Source of the DNA: a bacterium
GTDB taxonomy: Bacteria > Patescibacteriota > Minisyncoccia > UBA6257 > UBA9933
Direction of reading: 5' to 3'
NCBI GenBank assembly: GCA_030693235.1
Contig: JAUYBE010000006.1
Span: 139,601 to 203,600, forward strand
Length of the DNA stretch: 64,000 nt
Part shown: positions 55,669 to 64,000 of the stretch, piece by piece
How the letters are laid out: each line of letters begins with the position of its first letter
Position numbering within the stretch: position 1 is the stretch's first letter
The notes under the pieces: model-generated
What the model was told of the DNA's origin: nothing
Databases searched by the model: none
The model's input: the letters and a program-made list of their open reading frames with translations, nothing else
Made by a program: the position numbers and the translations under genes

Positions 55669-55764
55669 TCATACGAAAGTGCGAAAATATACGAAATTAC
55701 GAAACATAAAAACAACTTCGTACATTCGTAAAATTTCGTATTTTCGTAAGAGATTTTTGTAATG
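55669..55764. repeat. family B themed palindrome ending in the ATG at 55762
   Basis: tcatacgaaagtgcgaaaatatacgaaattacgaaa...cttcgtacattcgtaaaatttcgtattttcgtaagagatttttgtaATG. Confidence 0.75.
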
Positions 55765-57198
55765 ACTATTCTTATCAAAAACATTCAGTTAATCGACGGC
55801 AGCGGCCGACCGGCGTTTAAAGCCGATGTTTTGGTAAAAAAAGAAAAAATTCACGCCATTGGAAATTTTCCGCGTTATCGGGCAAACGAGATTATTGACG
55901 GAATGGGCGCTTATCTTAGCCCGGGATTTATAGATATTAACACCGAATCAGACCATAATTTGACTCTTTTTTCCAATCCAGCTCAGCAGGACTTTTTACT
56001 TCAGGGAATAACAACTATTATCGGCGGTCAAGGAGGCGCTTCTTTGGCGCCGCTTATTTACGGCTCTTTGGAATCAATCAAGGAATGGGCGAACACAAGG
56101 AAAATTAATATCGATTGGCACACGGCCGCCGAATTTTTTAAAGTTATGGAGCGCCGGCGATTAGGCATAAATTTCGGCACTTTAGTCGGCCATCGCACCG
56201 TCAGGCAAGCTTTAATAGGCGATCCAAGAAAAGATTTGTCGCGCAATGAATCAAGAATTTTAAATTCAATTCTGGAAAAATCTTTAAAGGAAGGAGCTTT
56301 CGGATTTTCCAGCGGTTTGGATTACCCCCATAGCCGTCAAATTTCCTATAATGAAATTAAATCTTTGGCGGAAACAACGGCGAAACATAAGGGTGTTTAC
56401 GCGGCTCGTCTTCGCGATGAAAAAAGGGGACTGCTTTCTTCGGTTAAAGAAATTATTGAAATCGCCAAAGAAACCGGCGTTAAAGTTTTAATCAATAATT
56501 TAAAACCTTTAATCGGTTACAGGAAAGATTATGAAGCTGCTTTGGAATTAATCAGTAAAAACACCGATAAAGCCGATGTTTATTTTGACGCTTGTCTATC
56601 AGATACAAACGCAGTTTTAATTTATGAATTTTTGCCCGGCTGGGTTCGGAAAGCCGATTGTGAAACGATGTTAAAAGATATTCAAACTCCGGGATTAAAA
56701 GAGAAAATTTTAAAAGAAATGCCGCGAATCAAGGGAGAAGAAATTATTCTCAACGCTCCGGCTAATAAATATTTAGTCGGAAAATCATTGAAGGAATTCG
56801 CTCAAAATCGAAATTTAACCATTGGCGAAAGCTTGCTGGAATTGATGAAAATAACCGATTTTCGGGCGGTTGTTTCTTATAAAAATATTAGTTTTAAAAA
56901 AACCGTCCAATCTTTAACTCACGAACGGGCGATTGTGGCTTCAAAAAGCGCCGGCAAATTTTTGAAATTGGTTGAAAAAGAAAAAATTATGCCGATTGAA
57001 AAAGCGATTTATAAAATTACCGGCTTGCCAACCGCAAAATTGAAATTAAAAAACAGGGGATTGGTCAGAGAAGGTTATTCCGCCGATTTGGTTCTTTTTA
57101 GGGACGCGGAAATCAGGGAAGTGATTCTAAACGGAAAAAGAGTGGTGAAAGACGGAGAATTTCAAAATATTTTGGCGGGAAAGATTTTGAGACATTAA
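55762..57198 (+). CDS. amidohydrolase-family protein (D-aminoacylase-like) in the slot usually held by murD
   Basis: IKN..LIDGSG...ADVLV....I..IG...SPGFID TIM-barrel amidohydrolase N-terminus. Confidence 0.65.
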   Translation: MTILIKNIQLIDGSGRPAFKADVLVKKEKIHAIGNFPRYRANEIIDGMGAYLSPGFIDINTESDHNLTLFSNPAQQDFLLQGITTIIGGQGGASLAPLIYGSLESIKEWANTRKINIDWHTAAEFFKVMERRRLGINFGTLVGHRTVRQALIGDPRKDLSRNESRILNSILEKSLKEGAFGFSSGLDYPHSRQISYNEIKSLAETTAKHKGVYAARLRDEKRGLLSSVKEIIEIAKETGVKVLINNLKPLIGYRKDYEAALELISKNTDKADVYFDACLSDTNAVLIYEFLPGWVRKADCETMLKDIQTPGLKEKILKEMPRIKGEEIILNAPANKYLVGKSLKEFAQNRNLTIGESLLELMKITDFRAVVSYKNISFKKTVQSLTHERAIVASKSAGKFLKLVEKEKIMPIEKAIYKITGLPTAKLKLKNRGLVREGYSADLVLFRDAEIREVILNGKRVVKDGEFQNILAGKILRH

Positions 57199-57202
57199 TC
57201 AG

Positions 57203-57264
57203 GTTTTAGGTTGTAGGTTTTAGGTTTTAGAACCTAACACCTAACACCTAACACCTAACACCTA
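57203..57264. repeat. family A themed palindrome ending 0 nt before the ftsW ATG
   Basis: ggttttaggttgtaggttttaggttttagaacctaacacctaacacctaacacctaacacctaATG. Confidence 0.8.
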
Positions 57265-58383
57265 ATGAAAAAAGCAGGTCATCATCCGGATTATGTTTTT
57301 ATTTCTTTTATTGTTTTATTGGCGGTTTTCGGTTTGGTAATGCTTTCTTCGGCTTCTTCGGATCTCGGTAAAATTAAATTCAACGACACCTATTATTATC
57401 TTAAACATCAATTGCTTTACGGATTAAGTTTCGGGCTGGCGGGTTTTTTGATAGCCAGTTTGATTCATTACCGTTTCTGGCAGAAATTGGCGGTGCCGCT
57501 TCTTCTTATAAGCGTTTTTGCTTTGGTTTTGGTTTTTACGCCATTGGGATTTACCCATTCCAGCGCCAATCGTTGGCTCAATCTCGGTCCCTTTTCGGTT
57601 CAACCGGCCGAGCTTTTGAAATTTTCTTTTATTATTTATTTAAGTGCCTGGTTAAGTTCGAAAAAAGAAAGTTCGGGCAGGCGGAAAAGTTTTTCAACCG
57701 GTTATTTGCCGTTTTTGATTATTTCCGGATTGGTGGCTTTTTTGATTATTATGCAACCGGCCACTACCACGGTCGCCATTATTATGGCCGCCGGTCTTAT
57801 TGTGTATTTCGTAAGCGGCGCCCGATTGTCTTTTGTTTTCGGAACGATATTCTTGGGATTATTGGGCTTGACTTTAGTTATAACGACTTCTCCTTATCGC
57901 TTGGAACGGGCGGAAACTTATATCAAAACTTTATTTAGTTCCGAAACAATTGACACCCGAAAAGAAGGTTATCATCTTGATAAAGCTTTGACGCTAATCG
58001 GTTCTGGAGGACTGACAGGCGTCGGTTTCGGCAAATCAATTGCTAAATTTAAAAATCTTCCCGAACCTATCGGCGATTCGATTTTCGCGGTCATCGCAGA
58101 AGAGCTCGGTTTCATCGGAGCCCTGATTTTAATCGCGACTTTTATCGCGTTTTTCATAAGAGGAATTATGATTGCCAAAAAATCGCGCGACCAATTCGCC
58201 GTTCTGACGGTCGTCGGATTTATTTCTATTATTATTATTCAAACTTTTATTCATATCGCCGCCAATTCGGGGTTATTGCCGTTGACCGGCGTTACTCTGC
58301 CTTTCATCAGCTACGGCGGCACTTCTTTGGCGATTTTTTTGACGATGACAGGGGTTGTTGTTAATATATCAAAGTATACATGA
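57265..58383 (+). CDS. ftsW: SEDS-family peptidoglycan polymerase FtsW/RodA
   Basis: 10-TM SEDS protein between mraY and murG. Confidence 0.85.
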   Translation: MKKAGHHPDYVFISFIVLLAVFGLVMLSSASSDLGKIKFNDTYYYLKHQLLYGLSFGLAGFLIASLIHYRFWQKLAVPLLLISVFALVLVFTPLGFTHSSANRWLNLGPFSVQPAELLKFSFIIYLSAWLSSKKESSGRRKSFSTGYLPFLIISGLVAFLIIMQPATTTVAIIMAAGLIVYFVSGARLSFVFGTIFLGLLGLTLVITTSPYRLERAETYIKTLFSSETIDTRKEGYHLDKALTLIGSGGLTGVGFGKSIAKFKNLPEPIGDSIFAVIAEELGFIGALILIATFIAFFIRGIMIAKKSRDQFAVLTVVGFISIIIIQTFIHIAANSGLLPLTGVTLPFISYGGTSLAIFLTMTGVVVNISKYT

Positions 58384-59531
58384 TTCGCATTCTATTCACC
58401 GGCGGCGGGACCGGCGGACATATTTATCCGATCTTGGCCGTTGCCGAAGAGTTAAAACTTAAATTTATCGAAGGTTCGGAAATTGACCTGCGCTATCTCG
58501 GTTCTCCGGAATCTTTTCGCGGACTGTTGGAAAACAACGGCATCAAAGTTTCCAAAATTATCTCGGCGAAATTAAGGCGTTATTTCGATTTGCGAAATTT
58601 TATTGAAATTCCGTTTTTATTCCCTTTAAGCGTTATCCAGGCTGTTTGGAAAGTTTTTTGGATTATGCCCGATGTTTTGTTTTCCAAGGGCGGTCCGGGT
58701 TCATTGCCGGTTGTTTTGGCTTGCAAGTTTTATCGCGTTCCGATTATCATTCACGATTCCGACACCGTGCCGGGATTGGCCAATAAATTGGCGGCTCGGT
58801 TCGCCAATCGCATCGCTGTTTCTTTTGCTTCGGCAGCTGATATTTTTATCGCGAAAAATCCCAAACTGGAAAATAAAATCGCTTTAATCGGCAATCCGAT
58901 AAGAAATTCGCTGATAAGCGGCGAAATTCTGGATAAAGAAACCGCCAAGAAAATTTTCGGTTTTAATCCGAAAAAGCCGGTCATTTTGATAATTTGCGGT
59001 TCTCAAGGCGCGGCAAAAATCAACGATTTTATGATAGAAACAGCCGGAGAATTAATTAAAGATTTCCAAATCCTCCATCAAACGGGAATAAAAAATTTTA
59101 AAAACGTTAAACAAGAATTGGATAGTATTCTAAAAAATTATCCCGCGGAAGAAAAAGCCAATTACAAAACATTTCCTTATTTTGAAAAAGATTTGAAAGA
59201 CGCCTATACGGCCGCTGATTTGGTTATTTCCCGCGCTTCCGGCGGTTCAATTTTTGAAATCGCCGCGTTCGCTAAGCCATCGATTTTAATTCCTTTGCCT
59301 TCCGAAGTGGTCGGCGCTCATCAGATTAAAAACGCTTATGAATACGCGAAAAACGGCGCCGCCGTTATTATCGAGCAGGAAAATCTCAAACCCGATATTT
59401 TTTTATTCCAGCTTAAAAAATTGTTTTCCGAACCGGAAAAATTAAATAGAATGTCTCAAGCCGCGAAAAGTTTTTCCAAACCCGAAGCGGCGAGAATTAT
59501 CGCCGAAGAAATAATAAGATTAACGAGCTAA
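58380..59531 (+). CDS. murG: undecaprenyldiphospho-muramoylpentapeptide beta-N-acetylglucosaminyltransferase
   Basis: ILFTGGGTGGHIYPILAV GT28 N-terminal motif. Confidence 0.85.
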   Translation: MIRILFTGGGTGGHIYPILAVAEELKLKFIEGSEIDLRYLGSPESFRGLLENNGIKVSKIISAKLRRYFDLRNFIEIPFLFPLSVIQAVWKVFWIMPDVLFSKGGPGSLPVVLACKFYRVPIIIHDSDTVPGLANKLAARFANRIAVSFASAADIFIAKNPKLENKIALIGNPIRNSLISGEILDKETAKKIFGFNPKKPVILIICGSQGAAKINDFMIETAGELIKDFQILHQTGIKNFKNVKQELDSILKNYPAEEKANYKTFPYFEKDLKDAYTAADLVISRASGGSIFEIAAFAKPSILIPLPSEVVGAHQIKNAYEYAKNGAAVIIEQENLKPDIFLFQLKKLFSEPEKLNRMSQAAKSFSKPEAARIIAEEIIRLTS

Positions 59532-61301
59532 TGGTTGCTTTCTAAGGCGGACGTTTTGCGGAGTGATTTCCAAATATTCGTCATCCGCCATAACTTCAAG
59601 GCCGCGTTCAATCGTAAGCGTGAAAGGCGGCGTAAGTTCTATGGCTTCGTCATTGCGCGAAGAACGCGTATTTGTAAGTTGTTTGCCTTTTATCGGATTC
59701 ACTTTCATTTCTTCTCCTTTGGAAGTGTTGCCGATAACCATTCCTTCGTACACTTCGGCGCCGGGACCGATATAAAGCGCGCCGCGTTCTTGCAAATTCC
59801 AAAGCGCGTAGCCCAAAGCTTTGCCGGCCGACATTGAAATCATTGAACCGGTCGGTTTTTTGTTAATATCTCCGGCATAAGACCTAAATTCGATGAAGCG
59901 GGACGAAAGAATCCCTTCACCTTTAGTGTCTATGACAAATTGGTTCCGATACCCGAGAAGTCCCCGCGTCGGACCTTCGAACGAAAGTCGCATAGTCGCG
60001 TCGCGTTGAAACATATTTTTTAAAACAAAGCCGCGGTTGCTAAGACGCTCAATCACCACGCCTTGATATTCTTTCGGAATGTCCGCGAGCGCTTCTTCAA
60101 ACGGTTCGTGTTTTGCTCCGTCTATTTCGCGAATAATGACTTGCGGCTGGGAAACCTGAAGTTCATATCCCGCCCGCCGCATATTTTCAAGCAAAATAGC
60201 GATATGAAGTTCGCCGCGTCCGGAAACGCGGAAATTGTCCGGTGATGAAAAATCAACTTTTAACCCGACATTTACTTCAAGTTCGCGTTCAAGATATTCG
60301 CGCAATTGTCTTGAAGTCACGTATTTCCCCTCGCGTCCGGCGAACGGAGAATTATTCACCAAAAAATTAAGGCAAATTGTCGCTTCGTCAATCGCGATCG
60401 CCGGCAACGATTCAGCATTGGAATCAGTTGTCACGGTTTCACCGATATCGATATTGGGAAGACCGGCAATAAGAATAATATCGCCAGCCACCGCTTCACT
60501 CGCTTCTATTCTTTCCAAGCCGTTAAAAGTGAAAATCTTCGCGATTTTACCTGAACGAATTTCTTTATTTTGTTTTTTTATAAAAACATTCGCGCCTGCC
60601 GTCGCGACGCCTTCATATACGCGTCCTATCGCGAGACGCCCCATAAAATTATCGTATGCTAAATTAAACGGTTGAAATCGTAAAGGTTTTTGCGAAAGCG
60701 CTTCGGAAGACGAAGACGGTATGTGATTAAGAATCGTATCAAGAAGGGGAGTGAGGTCTTTTGATTCATCGGTAAGTTTGAGTTTCGCGATGCCTTCGCG
60801 ACCTATTGAATAAACAACGGGGAAATTCGCCTGCTCGTCGCCCGCGCCAAGTTCAAGAAAAAGTTCAAGCGTTTGTTCTTCCGTCAACGCCGGATCGGCG
60901 GCCGGCTTGTCGATTTTATTGATTACCACAATCGGCTTAAGGCCGAGTTCGAGAGATTTTTTTAACACGAAACGGGTTTGCGGCATCGGACCTTCTTGAC
61001 TGTCCACCACCAAAAGCACAGAATCGATGGAGCGCAAAACGCGTTCCACTTCCGAACCGAAATCGGCGTGGCCCGGCGTGTCCACGATGTTAATTTTAGT
61101 CACGGCTCGTCCCGAATCAGCCGAAGGATAAAAAACAGCCGCGTTTTTTGAATAAATCGTAATACCGCGCTCAAGTTCAAGCGCGTTGGAATCCATAGAA
61201 ACGCCCTCCTTAGCAACGCCCGTCTGGCGCAAAAGCGCGTCGGTCAAAGCAGTTTTGCCATGGTCAACGTGAGCGATTATAGCGATATTTCTGATTTCCA
61301 T
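59520..61301 (-). CDS. typA: translational GTPase TypA/BipA
   Basis: IRNIAIIAHVDHGKTAL; 593 aa with EF-G-like domains. Confidence 0.9.
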   Translation of the reverse strand: MEIRNIAIIAHVDHGKTALTDALLRQTGVAKEGVSMDSNALELERGITIYSKNAAVFYPSADSGRAVTKINIVDTPGHADFGSEVERVLRSIDSVLLVVDSQEGPMPQTRFVLKKSLELGLKPIVVINKIDKPAADPALTEEQTLELFLELGAGDEQANFPVVYSIGREGIAKLKLTDESKDLTPLLDTILNHIPSSSSEALSQKPLRFQPFNLAYDNFMGRLAIGRVYEGVATAGANVFIKKQNKEIRSGKIAKIFTFNGLERIEASEAVAGDIILIAGLPNIDIGETVTTDSNAESLPAIAIDEATICLNFLVNNSPFAGREGKYVTSRQLREYLERELEVNVGLKVDFSSPDNFRVSGRGELHIAILLENMRRAGYELQVSQPQVIIREIDGAKHEPFEEALADIPKEYQGVVIERLSNRGFVLKNMFQRDATMRLSFEGPTRGLLGYRNQFVIDTKGEGILSSRFIEFRSYAGDINKKPTGSMISMSAGKALGYALWNLQERGALYIGPGAEVYEGMVIGNTSKGEEMKVNPIKGKQLTNTRSSRNDEAIELTPPFTLTIERGLEVMADDEYLEITPQNVRLRKQPLAR

Positions 61302-61315
61302 ATGATTTTATAATT

Positions 61316-61345
61316 TTGTCATTGCGAGCGAAGCGAAGCAATCCC
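61316..61345. repeat. family C element GTCATTGCGAGCGAAGCGAAGCAATCC (single arm/short form) upstream of typA
   Basis: Direct reading. Shares the GTCATTGCGAG...GCAATC core with copies at 5437 and 37930. Confidence 0.65.
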
Positions 61346-61545
61346 TATAAAAAATAGGCCTGCTTGGCCAAGAAACTTAAAATAAAAGTTTATAATATTA
61401 AAGGTTTTTAGTCAATATTAGTGGCCGTAGAATCCGCGGCCTTTTTTGTCTGGAATTGTATAAAGGGTTATGCCGTTATTTTGGCAAAATTCAACCACTT
61501 CTATTTCGCAATCTTCAAGGTCGTCATGCTTTGTTCTTTAATCTA

Positions 61546-62652
61546 CTATCGTACGCCGAGCGAGAAACCCTCAAATACAATATTTTTCGGTTTTATAATA
61601 ACCTTTTTGTCGTTCGATGATTTTGTAATATTTCCAGCTATCCAAGCTTTAAGATTATTATTTTTGGCTATCAACACAACTTTTTCCGCATCTTTTTCCG
61701 GAACATAGATCGCAAAACCGGCACCCATATTAAAATTACCATACATCTCTTTATCATCAGCTTGGCTATGTTGTTGTATGAACTCAAAAACCGGATGAGA
61801 CACTAGTATATTTTCTATAGTATAAATAAATGGTTTTGTGGCTCGCATAAGTTTTCTCCAACCATGCCCGGTGATATTTACCGTGTAATGGATATTAATT
61901 TCATTATTTAAGCAATCTTCAATTAATGGCACGTAAATAATAGTCTGATCAAGAAGCGTTTCTCCGTAAGTCCGGCCATCCTCAAGCTTTGTTAAATAGC
62001 CATCCGGAAGATTTTCCGCAATTTTTCTCGCAAGAGTTAAGCCATTAGCATGAATGCCAGAACTTTCAATCAAAACAATAACATCTCCATCTTGAATATC
62101 AGCAGTAATAATTCTTTCTTTTGGTTGGATTATACCAACCGCCGATCCGCTTATAACCGCAGTTTCAGGATAAACTATATCTTTTAAGGTCGGTGTTTCG
62201 CCGCCGCCCCATACGCATTTAGATAAATTACAGGCGTGCTCCCATCCATCTATTAAATCTTTTGATAATTTTTCATTATTGAACCAATTTGAATTTCCCA
62301 CGGCAAGATGCATAGCCACTGATATTGGCAACGCGCCCAAAGTAATAAGATCATTAACAATCGCAGCAACTGCATCCTGTGCGATGTTTTTATAAAAAGA
62401 TTTTCCGGTAAGCTTATACATTTTGTCGGCAACAATATTTTTTGTTCCCAATCCTTCTTCCACGTGAGCAATATAACTATTTGGCGTTTCAATAAGATAA
62501 ACGCTTTCTCCTCGGCTCATCGGCAATTCTTTAAAATTAAAACGTTCTATATTTTTAGAGGTATTTTGAGCTGCTTTTTGAGCAAATCTTTTAAACGGAT
62601 CCATTGAGTTGTAATCAACGCCCGAACCGGAATAAGTCAACTTGTTATCCAT
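61546..62652 (-). CDS. purM: phosphoribosylformylglycinamidine cyclo-ligase (AIR synthase, PurM family)
   Basis: SGSGVDYN...FNMGAGFAIYV PurM-family pattern. Start is placed at MDNKLT, so the 86-aa N-terminal extension in the ORF track is probably not translated. Confidence 0.6.
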   Translation of the reverse strand: MDNKLTYSGSGVDYNSMDPFKRFAQKAAQNTSKNIERFNFKELPMSRGESVYLIETPNSYIAHVEEGLGTKNIVADKMYKLTGKSFYKNIAQDAVAAIVNDLITLGALPISVAMHLAVGNSNWFNNEKLSKDLIDGWEHACNLSKCVWGGGETPTLKDIVYPETAVISGSAVGIIQPKERIITADIQDGDVIVLIESSGIHANGLTLARKIAENLPDGYLTKLEDGRTYGETLLDQTIIYVPLIEDCLNNEINIHYTVNITGHGWRKLMRATKPFIYTIENILVSHPVFEFIQQHSQADDKEMYGNFNMGAGFAIYVPEKDAEKVVLIAKNNNLKAWIAGNITKSSNDKKVIIKPKNIVFEGFSLGVR

Positions 62653-62678
62653 ATAACGATAATATAACATATATAATA

Positions 62679-64000
62679 TATGGCGCAAAGAATTGACATA
62701 GCGTATAAAATCGACGATGCGAGGGGCAATGCTAAGAAGGGAAATTTTGAGGCACTTGGTATTTCGGGAAATATAAAGGACGTAAGAATAGTCGATTCTT
62801 ATACTATTAATGAAAGTTTTTCTAAACAGCAGCTTTGCAAAATAGCCGGCGCGCTTTCTAATCCGCTTATTGAAGAATTTTCCATTAATAAGTCTTGGGC
62901 TCCCAAACATTTTGATTGGGTTGTTGAAACTGGGTATTTGCCCGGCGTCACCGACAATGTCGGCGCGACGGCTCGTGAAACGATAAAAGATTTATTAAAG
63001 AAAAAATTCGGCAAAAATACAGGAGTCTATTTTTCCCAATCTTTATTTATTTCCGGGAAAATTTCTCAAAAAGACATTGAAATTATTGCCAATAGTCTTT
63101 ACAACCCGCTTATTCAAAGAGCGCAAATAAAAAATTTTGCCCGGTTTAAAAAAGATCGCGGTATGACCGTAATGGTGCCAAAAGTAAAATTACAACAAAA
63201 GCCATCTGTCGATTATGTGAACGTAAACGTTAGCGATGAAGAGTTAAAAACAATCGGAGAAAAAGGGATTAAAAATTCCGACGGAACGCGAAGGGGGCCG
63301 CTTGCCATGGATCTTGAATACATGAAAGTTATTCAAGCTTATTTTAATAAATTGGGCCGTCAGCCGACAGACGTTGAATTAGAATCTATAGCTCAGACAT
63401 GGTCGGAACATTGTAAGCACACGATTTTCGCCAATCCAATTGATGATATTCCGGACGGATTATTTAATTATTACATTAAAAGGGCAACTGATTTAATTCG
63501 TAAAAGAAGGGGCAAAAAGGACATTTGCGTATCTGTTTTTAAAGACAATTCCGGCGCCATAAATTTTGACGATGATTATTTAATTACCCACAAAGTTGAA
63601 ACACATAATAGTCCCTCTGCCCTTGATCCGTTCGGAGGGGCAATAACCGGCATTGTAGGAGTAAATAGAGATGCCATCGGATTTGGTATGGGCGCTAAAC
63701 CAATAATCAATACATACGGATTTTGCTTCGGCGAACTAAATGATAAAAGGCCTCTTTATAGAGACGCTGCTAAGACTAATAAAATGCTATTGCCAAAGCG
63801 GATTATGGAAGGGGTTATTTCCGGTGTTAACGTGGGTGGAAATTGTTCCGGCATACCAACTTCTCTTGGTTTTTTATTTTTTGACCAGACGTATCGCGGG
63901 AAGCCGCTTGTTTTTGTAGGCACTGCCGGCCTTATTCCTAAAAAATCGCATAATAAGTCTCTGTATGAAAAACGTGCTTTGCCTGGCGATCTTATAGTTA
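62679..64000 (+). CDS. purL: phosphoribosylformylglycinamidine synthase (large PurL type with an N-terminal PurS-like domain), 3'-truncated by the window edge
   Basis: ATG at 62679. The ORF stays open to nt 64000. AQTWSEHCKHTIF PurL signature. Two PurS-like segments precede it. Not in the ORF track because it has no in-window stop. Confidence 0.65.

Noticed and set aside
61546-62910. 454-aa long form of purM with an 86-aa N-terminal extension
   Set aside because: The extension is low-complexity, overlaps the purL promoter/start region, and the conserved PurM N-terminus begins at MDNKLT (62652).

Overview
This 64 kb window is a low-GC, densely packed core chromosomal region that looks like a small-genome, CPR/Patescibacteria-like bacterium (inferred only from protein motifs and gene content). 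It uses the standard genetic code: UGA is a stop and prfB carries the classic +1 frameshift at CUU UGA C. The window holds the str operon (rpsL-rpsG-fusA). After it come rplM-rpsI, proS, mreB, rpmF, nusB and rpsD-rpoA-rplQ. Then the tuf-S10-spc-alpha block runs rpsJ, rplCDWB, rpsS, rplV, rpsC, rplP, rpmC, rpsQ, rplNXE, rpsZ, rpsH, rplFR, rpsE, rplO, secY, adk, map. No rpmD (L30) lies between S5 and L15, and rpoA lacks the alpha-CTD. Next are greA, lysS, serS, a Mrr-like nuclease, two GT39-family membrane glycosyltransferases, ychF, a TraG/VirD4-like ATPase, galU, prfB, ftsEX, a CPA2 antiporter, an ABC-F protein, obg, dnaX, scpAB, a dcw-like block (PBP5-type carboxypeptidase, mraY, an amidohydrolase where murD usually sits, ftsW, murG), typA, purM and a 5' partial large-type purL. 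Three tRNAs are present: Pro-GGG, Thr-CGU and Gln-UUG. No rRNA or CRISPR array was found. The most striking feature is a set of sequence-themed palindromic hairpin families built from short tandem motifs. Family A is (TTTTAGG)n/(CCTAACA)n, family B is (TACGAAA)n/(TTTCGTA)n, family C is GTCATTGCGAG...CTCGCAATGAC, and there are several local families. Most copies sit in intergenic gaps in one fixed orientation and end exactly at the downstream start codon. The same motifs also occur as in-frame insertions inside conserved housekeeping genes (serS, adk, proS, scpA, both GT39 genes, a PBP and others). Other leads are a candidate uORF/terminator attenuator upstream of the ABC-F gene, a tRNA-Gln-overlapping HTH/LAGLIDADG-like ORF in an AT-rich patch, and a standalone TraG/VirD4-like ATPase. 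Two GC-rich structured intergenic regions may be ncRNAs, and a DUF4258-like toxin candidate is also present.
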